DNA from: Cyanidioschyzon merolae
Lineage: Eukaryota
Length of the DNA: 64,000 nucleotides
Assembly: GCA_000091205.1 (NCBI GenBank)
Contig: AP006483.2
Direction: 5' to 3' (one strand)
Both the position numbers and the translations under genes were made by a program. Below the pieces are notes generated by a model. The model saw nothing but the letters and a program-made list of their open reading frames with translations, made no database searches and was not told the DNA's origin. Position 1 is the first letter of the stretch; each line of letters opens with the position of its first letter. Of this stretch, positions 55,819-64,000 are shown piece after piece.

Positions 55819-57795
55819 ATGACCCTTGCGGAAGAGGCGAAGTCGCCATCGAACGCGCCCCGGTCGCATCAGAAGCTCGTATCAGAGCTATTTCCGGAAC
55901 GTTTTCGCCCTTTTTTAAAAGCTCTTGACGACGGATCACTGCCTCTGGAGGATATACCCGCCTTCAACGCTCGTCGAACGAAGATCGTCTGCACTATTGG
56001 GCCCGTAACTGCGAGCTATGAACAGTTGCTCAAAATGGCAGCGCTCGGAATGAACGTCGTGCGCTTGAATATGTCGCACGGTGACTATATGTTCCACGAT
56101 CAGGTCATTGGGCACGTTCGACGAATCAACACCGAATCGCCGTTCGTGCTCGCGACGATGCTGGATATTGGCTCATTCGATCAGGTTCGCCTGGGTGAAT
56201 TTCCCGGCAACGATCTCGTGCTTCGTTCGGGTGATATGTTGACGATTACCGCTCGGCATGAAGCATCGTATCCGGAGAACGTTACGGAGGTGAGCGACGA
56301 TGCGTTTATAGAGGTAGTCCAGCCCGGCGATGTTATTGAGATTCTTGCGAGTCCGGACGGGAACATGGTGCTACTCCGGGTTCAGTCGCTGTCGAACGAC
56401 GGCAAAGATGCACACTGTGTTGTCATGGAGGCAGGACGTGTCCGCAGTCGTTCACCGGTGGCGATTCGTGGAAAGAGTTTCAAGACGCGACCGCCTCAAA
56501 GCGGCGCCTTTGAGCACGACCTTGAATTTGCGATACGAGAACGCGTCGAAATGATTGCGCTTTCATTTGTGGAGCACCCAGAACAGATTCTAGAGGTAAG
56601 ATCGCTGCTTCGGCAGAACGGTGCGAACAATACTGCGATTGTCGCGAAGATCGAAAGTGCTGCTGCGCTGCAGAACTTGCCAGCGATTATACAAGCGACA
56701 GATGCTGTAATGATCGCTCGCGGTGACCTCGGCACTGATATTCGTTACGATATGGTGCCGTTCTGGCAACAGCGAATAGGCCAAATTTGTCGCGCTTATG
56801 CAAAGCCGTGTATCGTGTCAACGCATTTCCTCGAAAGCATGGTTCTTTATCCAACCCCCACGCGGGCTGAGGTCACGGATATTGCCGAAGCAGTGAAGCA
56901 GCAGGCCGACGCCCTCATGCTGACTGCGGAAACCGCCAGCGGCAAGTATCCGCTGCGGGCGCTGAGCCTTATGAGCCGCGTTGCGCTGCGCATAGAGCAG
57001 CGCTTGGCAGCCGGCATGCGACGCCTCAACGCGGTACCCGCCTTCGAATCGAACAACAACTGGTCACCGGAGGTGCTGCGGAACACAGAGCGAGTCTGTG
57101 CTACAGCGTGCACAATCGCAGAGCAACTGCGAGCAGCTGCGATTTTATGCTTCACACAGCGAGGCTTCATGGCTACGTTGCTTTCGCGATGTCGCCCGCA
57201 TTGCCCCCTCTATGCTTTTACCAGCAGCGTCATGGCAAGAAACAAGATGAGCATTCTCTACGGTGTGCGAGCATTTCGGATATTGTTTGATGGAGACCCT
57301 GAGGTCACCGTTCAGCGCGCTATGGATGAGTTGCGAGACCGTCGGGCGCTGCAACCCGGTGATCGCGTCGTCGTGGTAGCCGACGTGCTCGGTGGGCGCA
57401 ATCGAGCCACAGAGGAGGAGATGCTTTTCGTCTTTGGCAATCTCGATGTGGAGAATCGTGGCTATATTAGCCGTGCGCTTGTCCGGCGAGGTTTACGGGA
57501 ACTCGGTCTCAAAGCTGGCGACGATGTAGAGCTGGAAACCTGGCTCGATGATTATGAGCAGGATCAAGCGCTCATTGAGGAATGTGCTGTTGCACCGGAT
57601 TTTGAGGAATGTATGGAGCGCGTTGCAGGTTCAACTGAGCGTGATGGCACCGAACCTGCGTCGCTGGAAACCGCTCGCACCGGAACGACAGGTCGTCGGC
57701 GGGTGCTCGATCAGGTGGATTATGCTGCTTTCCGTCAACTTGCCCAGGATAGCGCTGAAATTGTTCAAACGATTCAGTTTCGCATCATGGAGTAG
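55819..57795 (+). CDS. Pyruvate kinase with ~190-aa C-terminal extension
   Basis: RRTKIVCTIGP, NVVRLNMSHG, the K+/substrate-site region, MIARGDLGTDI, and a C-terminal allosteric-domain motif LQPGDRVVVVAD. Candidate starts are ATG 55819 (MTLAEE) or ATG 55663; the track ORF opens at 55546. The extension after ~aa 560 carries pseudo-EF-hand-like stretches (NLDVENRGYISRAL). Confidence 0.75.
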   Translation: MTLAEEAKSPSNAPRSHQKLVSELFPERFRPFLKALDDGSLPLEDIPAFNARRTKIVCTIGPVTASYEQLLKMAALGMNVVRLNMSHGDYMFHDQVIGHVRRINTESPFVLATMLDIGSFDQVRLGEFPGNDLVLRSGDMLTITARHEASYPENVTEVSDDAFIEVVQPGDVIEILASPDGNMVLLRVQSLSNDGKDAHCVVMEAGRVRSRSPVAIRGKSFKTRPPQSGAFEHDLEFAIRERVEMIALSFVEHPEQILEVRSLLRQNGANNTAIVAKIESAAALQNLPAIIQATDAVMIARGDLGTDIRYDMVPFWQQRIGQICRAYAKPCIVSTHFLESMVLYPTPTRAEVTDIAEAVKQQADALMLTAETASGKYPLRALSLMSRVALRIEQRLAAGMRRLNAVPAFESNNNWSPEVLRNTERVCATACTIAEQLRAAAILCFTQRGFMATLLSRCRPHCPLYAFTSSVMARNKMSILYGVRAFRILFDGDPEVTVQRAMDELRDRRALQPGDRVVVVADVLGGRNRATEEEMLFVFGNLDVENRGYISRALVRRGLRELGLKAGDDVELETWLDDYEQDQALIEECAVAPDFEECMERVAGSTERDGTEPASLETARTGTTGRRRVLDQVDYAAFRQLAQDSAEIVQTIQFRIME

Positions 57796-58149
57796 TTCGC
57801 GATCCGTACGGAAACGAGTGCATCATTTCTAAGAACGTGATGAAAGGCTGCAGGATGCCCCGCGTGAGCATAGTTGCGAGTCTTCGCACGTCCGTTCGTA
57901 GCAGAGGCGAATCATAAACGAGAATGCACGGTACCAGATGAACTCGATGAAGGACAGGGTGCACGGGTACGGAGTATCTGCAGCTTTCGCTGGTACAGAG
58001 ACGCACGCGCTTTAAGTGGCATCGGATGCGCCAGGTCGTTGACCCTAAGCTTGCCTCGTTGGCGTTGCGCAACAAGGCAGTGGCCGCCGCTGCTACGCAC
58101 TGCGTTACGTTCCTTGCTGTACGCCATGCTTATAGTCTTTCGTTTCAGT

Positions 58150-59588
58150 CTTTTCCCCTTTTCTGGATGTAATCGAGTGCTTTTTTTTGTAGTGCATAGC
58201 AGGAGATCGCCATCAAGATGCAATGTACTCTATAGATCGTAGATGGATTGCCTGAAGGATACATGCTTTACTGAATCGTGCAAGGAGGACTGCATACCTC
58301 CTTAAAATGAGTCGTATCATAGTACTCAGATGGTTGAGGAACTCTGAAAGAAACAAGTATATGCTCTCGCGACAGAAACCCGATATTCCTGCCGGCTGAT
58401 TGCGGTAAACGGTAGTGAAGCGGTTCCTTGAACATCTTACAAGCAGCAAAAAGCGACCATTGAGGTCACGATAAGCGTCTCTGGTCTTGTCCAGCTCGTT
58501 CGAGTGGTCCTCAAATCACTGGAATACAGTTGCAAAAAAGTCCAGTATCACGTACGGTCATCTTCCAGTGAAGTCGCAACGACCGCGTTCCTGAAATGCA
58601 GCGATCCATACGAAGCACAGGGACGTCGCCTTGTTTTTTTCGGTTGACGATCGTTGCTTCGGGCACACTGGTCGGAACGTATATGGGTACTTGCGTCTGC
58701 GGAGCTCGTTCCATGTGCAATCGAACCCGTAGAGCGCGATATCATCATCTGTTCGAGCTGCAGTGGATTCATTTGACGGCTTCAGTTTCGCTCACAAAGA
58801 AGGTTCATACAACAGCACCAACCACGTTGTCGAATCATTGAAGACTTTTCCCTTGAAGTCTGGCATCGACCTTCTATTCGACAACGTCGCATTTCAGCAT
58901 GCAGCTTGCTTCAGATCTTTTGCAGATTATGTTGGGGTAGAGCTGCTGTTCATCCGTCCGTACTCCCGGTGGTTCAGTTCCGTCGAAAGAGGGTTTTCGA
59001 TCGCGAGACACAATGATCGATTCACTCGGCGAATTAATGATAACCGATGGGCATACAGAGTTCCGTCGATTCGGTGAAATAAGAAATCCCAGGGAAAGGT
59101 ATGGGCGTGCAAGTCGGGGATCCCGGCGGGCGGTCATCGCCGGCTGCCCAAGAAAAAAAACGAAAATATCCCGTTCTCACCGACCATCGAGCGAAGAAGA
59201 GCAACTGTCGAAGAAGACGACGCAAAAAAAGGGAGACAGATGAGAGAACGTGTTTCCCCGACGGGTCGAGGACGAGACTGTAGTAGCACAGGAGGCATGA
59301 ATTCGGGAAATCCTTGGAACAGTGCGTCCACTCAGCAGTAATGCACGCAAAGAGCTCATGAACTCAGACCGCAAAGCGCTTTCAACATCAGACAATGTTT
59401 GGTGCTGAAGACAAGACCGGAGGAGCTGATGCGAGCCAACTTCGTGCGGTAGCTTCTCAATGTCGAAATGTACAAGGAGAAACAAAAACCGACGAGAGGT
59501 TGCCGGTCGAAAACGGCTAGGAGGCGTCTGCGTCTGGGCTTCCATGCACTCTATATTATTGTGAAACGTTGTTTGTTTCATTGACATG
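58150..59588 (+). mobile_element. Composite degenerate element, copy D: Tc1/mariner-type transposase remnant fused to Fanzor 3'-terminal fragment with right end
   Basis: The 58763..59077 region encodes DLLFDNVAFQHAACFRSFADYVGVELLFIRPYSRWFSSVERGF (DDE_3 C-terminal signature). The 59300-59590 region is homologous to copy B (cagtaatgcacgcaa..., ggaggcgtct at 59521, ending ttcattgacatg at 59588). The 5' part is homologous to copy C (atagatcgtag...cagtactcagatg[ag]ttgaggaac). Confidence 0.65.
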
Positions 59589-59657
59589 CATGTAGTGGCT
59601 GCGTTCATGCGCACGTCCACCATTTCGTTCCGTAGCCTCAGAATCCGACAGCAATAC

Positions 59658-59693
59658 GCACCACCACCACCACCACCACCACCACCACCACCA
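59658..59693. repeat. (CCA)n trinucleotide microsatellite
   Basis: caccaccaccaccaccaccaccaccaccaccat immediately downstream of copy D's right end. Confidence 0.9.
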
Positions 59694-61086
59694 TCAACAT
59701 CACTACCTATCCATCTCTCTGGAGATCACGGGTCATTCGTGCGTTCCACTGGATGCGAAGCTGTGACGCCAATTGTCTCCAAACTTGGTTCGTGCATCTC
59801 TATGGTATACGCGAACGGTTGATGAGTCGGCCTTGAAGTAGTGCATACGGCCTCGAATCTCGTTTGGATTCAGTCCAATAGATTTGCACGAGCATCCGAT
59901 CGAGCGACACGGGATCCACGAAGGCGCGTTTCCCGTCCGGAGCAATGCACGTGGGCATCAGCTCGAACGCTTCGGACGTCGGCATGCGGTGCTGCCTCGT
60001 CTGCAGGGTCCGCTCCAGGTTCTGAAAATGCTGGATACGGCGAACGTCTTGCATCCATTGTCCCGAGATCGCAGACGCATACCAGTCGGTAAAGATTCTT
60101 CCTGGTGCAGCGCATGATGTTGTCCCCTGAAATTCCAGCGGACGCAGAAAACAAACTGGTAACCGGGGAACAGGCATCGCGTTTGTTTTCCACAGCGTCT
60201 GCCACGTTCTACCCGTATCAGAGAGGCGCCCTCGTACATGCGGCTCCATCGAAGCTGACCGATAACATCGCAGCAGGCGAGTCGCACGCTGCACATTCGT
60301 ACTGATCACCCGTTGAATACAGGGTATACACTGCAGCGCATGCACCCTACAAGACACTGGGGCGCTTCAACGTCGACTCAACTGCCGTGGCGTTCCGACT
60401 CGCACATCAGGTCTATGTGTGCGGACGCGGTTACCCATTTCCAAACCTGGACGCTCGGTGGGCATTGGGTCCCGGCCAGCGAGAGCGACAGCATCGGCAA
60501 ACGGGTATGCCCCTGTGTCATCATCCGGTTCTCTGGGCACCCCGCCCCCTGATTAGGATTCTCGGAAATAGAGTGCATCTGAATACGTGTTGGCACGCGT
60601 TTGGTCGATGAAGACGGCTCCGGCTTCACGACGCAAACCTGATGTGTTCCGCAAAGACGAAACCTCGCACACACGAAGGATTGCATGGCGTCGAAGCAGG
60701 TCCAAGTACCGTACCGGTCGACGCCAGAGAAAAAAGCGATGCCATGGCCGAGACTCGTCTCTTTCAGAGCCAAACTTTATGCACGCGTAACGCGCTCACG
60801 ACACTCTAGACGACACGGGGTTTGCTGCGGTGACGCCCGTGCACAGCGCGAATGATGCGTTCAGACGTGAAAGAGTTGCTCCGGCGTTTCCGATTCTTGG
60901 ATCCTCCCGCATGTTTACCAGAAAAAATGCTACCATCCCCCGGGGCTCTACCGAAAGTCGTCCACCCCAAGTTTCTCGCGACTAGGATTGAACACGCTCT
61001 GTGGACGCCTGACGAAAGCACGATCCGGGGCAGCGTTCAGCACAGAGTACGTTGCTTTGTTGGCGAGACTGCTGCCATGGTCTTGT

Positions 61087-63186
61087 CTAGTCAGTGTGCA
61101 GCGCATCAGGCCATGAAGTGCTTGAAGCGACTTGCTGAAGCGGATCGCCTCCAGCTGCTTTGCTATAACCGATGAGCGAGGTGGAAGCGCGAGACGCCCA
61201 TACCCCTTGGACAACGGGACCGCTCGGTGCGGTTACCACGTTACCGTCTGCGGTACGCAGCGCCAGAAAATCGTCGTCGTTCAACGCTTGCCGCGTGGAT
61301 GCAACTTGCGCGTGCCCCGGGTCGTCGTCAGCTGGGAACGCTTTGCGCACGCTCGCATCACTCGCTTCAGCATTCGTGTCAGGAGGCGTCGTCTGGCTCC
61401 CGCTAGGGACCAGTTTCGGAACGGGAGCGTGCTCTCGGTGTAGCGTCTCCCCCTTAACCACGGAATGCGGTTCAGTGTCTGCTGAATACACTGGTGGCGA
61501 CTTGAGAACACCGCCTAGCTCCGTACTCGTCTCCGTGCTGGCGGGATGCGACGATGTCGCAGAGGCGTCATCCTCGGCGATATCCAGATCATTCTCCAAC
61601 GCTTGAATGCGTGCGAGTCTTCGCGAACGCTCATTTTCTAGAAATACCTGGCTTTTCTCCTGCCATGCCTTTTTGGCAGCAACCGCTTGTGCGGCACATG
61701 CTGCAACCTCGGCCATCGCTGCCGGTACCTGAACACCACACTTGTGAAATGCGAAAATAACCTCAGCAGCAAAGTTCAGCGCATTCGTCTGGCGGCGAGC
61801 AGGCCCCGTGCGCTGCGCCACTGCATGCTTGGAGGCGTCACGTTGGCTAGGCATCCCGCGAGTCTTGTTTGGTTTTCTTGCATAGAGCTCATCCACGCCA
61901 TCTCGATCTGCGGCTACTTTTCCCACAGGTCTAAAGCCGGCCAGTGAGGCCACGTTGCCGCGCAGCTGATCTGCTGCGTCGTGCGCTTTGCGCACTTCCG
62001 TATCGACTGCGGCAGCTTCGCTGGATGCATTCGCAGACGAGATCGCATGCGCAACCGTCGTTGGACTTGGACTCGGGAGAAGCGCGCGAATCTCCGCCTG
62101 AATCGCATCATCCTCCGGCAGCATGCTTTGAAGCGCTCGAAGCACTAGATCACAGGAGTGCTTCTGTTCGATGTACGGGTCAACTGGCTCCTCGCGGAGA
62201 CGAGCCAGTTCCCGCTGCTTCCACTGCTCACGTCGACGGGCTGCTTCCGCCTCACGCCGCTCTTGTCGAGCTTGCCGTTCCTGCTCCCACCAGAGCCGCT
62301 CATTCTCTTTCCATTGGCGGTCTGATTCGCGAAACGAATCCCACGCCGACTGTATCTCCTGACGCAACGCAGCCATTCTTGCATGCAGCGACTCTCGATT
62401 GACGGGCCCAGCAGCAGCCTCTACCTCTTCGACTTGTCGATCGATGCGTTTCCGTAGCTCGTCCAGTTGGTCGCGCTGGCGATCCAGGTCGGTGCGGGCC
62501 TTGTTCAGCGCATCGTCGAGTTCGCGACGCTGAGCTTCAAGTTCTTCCCGCGCAAGACGAAGTTTTTCTACTTGTTCGCGTCGGCTTTCGTGTTCGATTT
62601 CCGCTCGGCGAGCTTCTTCGCGTGCGTGGATCCGCAAGTAGGTGAGCTCTGAAATGAGCCGTTTCTCATCAGAAAGGCTCAGTGTCGAGTGCGCTTGCGC
62701 TCCTTCAAGCTCTGCGATGCGTGCGTCGACTTCTGCTACGGAGCGGTACTTTCGCGTTACAGCCGGCGCACTCGTTTTCGGCCCTGATGCAGAAGTGCTC
62801 TCGCGCAAACGCTCCTGCACAGCACGCTTTCTGTCCAGGAGCTCGCGCCAGCGCTGCTGCGCTTCCTGGAAAGCGGCCTTTGCCGATTGCAGTTCAGCCT
62901 GATAGCGTTCTCGTATCGCCCGCACTTGCTGTCGCGACTTTGCCGACTTGGAGAGCTCTTGTCGAATGCGATCCACCTCAGAAAGTTTCTCCGCCTCCAG
63001 CTTCTTGATCTCGTCAATACTCGGGCGCGGGTAACGTTTTACTCGGGTGTGCGAAGTACCTTCTTGCAGAAGTTCACCTCGAGAGCCAGCAGCTGGCGTC
63101 GCATCAGGCACCGACGTCAGCGCTGCCGTCTTCGCGTTCTCAGCACCGATTATCGGAGCCGATGGCCACTCGGACGGCTCCATCAT
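61087..63186 (-). CDS. Coiled-coil protein, possibly Bfr1-like (nuclear segregation / mRNP-associated) family
   Basis: First ATG at 63186 (MMEPSEW); the track ORF starts at a GTG at 63252. Long heptad-rich regions follow (KKLEAEKLSEVDRIRQELSKSAKSRQQVRAIRERYQAELQ...; REQVEKLRLAREELEAQRRELDDALNKARTDLDRQRDQLDELRKRIDRQVEEVE). A YPRPSIDEI motif precedes the first coil, as in Bfr1-type proteins. Family assignment is tentative. Confidence 0.35.
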   Translation of the reverse strand: MMEPSEWPSAPIIGAENAKTAALTSVPDATPAAGSRGELLQEGTSHTRVKRYPRPSIDEIKKLEAEKLSEVDRIRQELSKSAKSRQQVRAIRERYQAELQSAKAAFQEAQQRWRELLDRKRAVQERLRESTSASGPKTSAPAVTRKYRSVAEVDARIAELEGAQAHSTLSLSDEKRLISELTYLRIHAREEARRAEIEHESRREQVEKLRLAREELEAQRRELDDALNKARTDLDRQRDQLDELRKRIDRQVEEVEAAAGPVNRESLHARMAALRQEIQSAWDSFRESDRQWKENERLWWEQERQARQERREAEAARRREQWKQRELARLREEPVDPYIEQKHSCDLVLRALQSMLPEDDAIQAEIRALLPSPSPTTVAHAISSANASSEAAAVDTEVRKAHDAADQLRGNVASLAGFRPVGKVAADRDGVDELYARKPNKTRGMPSQRDASKHAVAQRTGPARRQTNALNFAAEVIFAFHKCGVQVPAAMAEVAACAAQAVAAKKAWQEKSQVFLENERSRRLARIQALENDLDIAEDDASATSSHPASTETSTELGGVLKSPPVYSADTEPHSVVKGETLHREHAPVPKLVPSGSQTTPPDTNAEASDASVRKAFPADDDPGHAQVASTRQALNDDDFLALRTADGNVVTAPSGPVVQGVWASRASTSLIGYSKAAGGDPLQQVASSTSWPDALHTD

Positions 63187-63469
63187 ACTGCCTGCTTCCT
63201 GCCGACTAAACAAGATCCCCGTCCAGAAGCAAGCAATGAGTAAACCTGCCACACGCTTCGCGACCTGTCACGAGCACCGTCTCACTGCACGGTGCGGCTA
63301 GGCAAGCGCAACGATAACCGTTTGACTGGGCCCCAGCGCCGCAAAGCTGCGGCGTACGCGTCCACAGGTGCCCCCGCAGGCGTTGCCCCGACGCACTCAG
63401 TACCGCCGGGTATCCGCTGCGCTCTGGCGATGTTTTGATGCAGCGCGTGCCGTGACACCAGCGGATCTA

Positions 63470-63700
63470 TTGATCGATCCATCGATCCATTTTCTCATCG
63501 GCAAAACGTTTCCCTAGGCCAGCGTTCTCCGATTATGCGCATTTTTTTTCTTTCTTTTTTTGTGTTATTTTTTCAGTGCGCGGTATCGATCCATCGATCC
63601 AAAGATCCTCCGGCAAAACGTTTCCCTAGGCCAGCGTTCTCCGATTATGCGCATTTTTCTTTTCTTTCTTTTTTTGTGTTATTTTTTCAGTGCGCGGTGA
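63470..63700. repeat. Tandem duplication, ~117-bp unit x 2, upstream of the coiled-coil gene
   Basis: atcgatccatcgatcca...ggcaaaacgtttccctaggccagcgttctccgattatgcgcattttt(t)cttt(t)ctttctttttttgtgttattttttcagtgcgcggt occurs twice in tandem. Confidence 0.85.
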
Positions 63701-64000
63701 AGTATCCGTCGATGCATGCAGCTTCGTTTGAGGCGCCTGGCAAACCGCGCGATTACTGAAGAAACGTCGCTGTTCGATGATAGCCATGCAAGCAGCGTAT
63801 GACGTGATGAAACATCGCCTGTCCATTGTAGCTACCAAAAATCGTGTGTTGCGGTGAAACGTTGCTATTGGATAGCGGTAGCTTCTGTGCTGATTTCGGA
63901 GCAACGTACACGCACGTGGACGAACGTTTCATGCAGACGACGATCCACTGGCGAGAAGTGAGGAGATCTGGCATCCGCCGTGCACCCGTCGAAGCTCTCA

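Noticed and set aside
1-64000. Treating the window as prokaryotic, with TTG/GTG starts, operons and RBS as the ORF track implies
   Set aside because: Gene content points to a eukaryotic nuclear genome: TFIIA, BRF1, TSR1, PPR, bromodomain, Myb, a signal-peptide cupin and a Tc1/mariner transposase. A poly-Q tract and microsatellites agree with this. Starts were moved to the first in-frame ATG.

Overview
This 64-kb window is eukaryotic nuclear DNA, not bacterial. GC content is high (roughly 58%). Genes are compact and mostly single-exon with housekeeping functions, and microsatellites and satellites are interspersed. The supplied ORF track uses bacterial alternative start codons (TTG/GTG); where a start is given below I moved it to the first in-frame ATG.

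The gene content looks like an oomycete or stramenopile-like protist. Recognisable genes are:
- aminoacylase-1 (5' partial)
- an SRPBCC/COQ10-like protein
- TSR1 ribosome-biogenesis factor
- TFIIA large subunit
- a GPAT3/4-type acyltransferase
- BRF1 (TFIIIB)
- a DnaJ protein
- a PPR protein
- a Myb/SANT protein
- a secreted germin-like cupin
- a bromodomain protein
- a HAD-IIB phosphatase
- a large helical-repeat protein
- pyruvate kinase with terminal extensions
- a coiled-coil protein

The most interesting content is a Fanzor/TnpB-like (OMEGA-type RuvC) nuclease gene at 20.2-22.25 kb. It lies in the divergent intergenic region between GPAT and BRF1. Its reading frame is split across three frames. 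Three dispersed 3'-terminal remnants of the same element family lie at 37.85-38.32, 44.09-45.48 and 58.15-59.59 kb. Two of them are fused downstream of degenerate Tc1/mariner-type (DDE_3) transposase remnants.

Other structure:
- a pair of ~1.04-kb, ~98-99% identical direct repeats (LTR-like) bracketing a 4.8-kb segment
- a 134-bp tandem array
- a 62-bp EcoRI-containing satellite
- 107-bp and 117-bp promoter-proximal minisatellites

No rRNA or CRISPR was found and no tRNA could be supported by eye.
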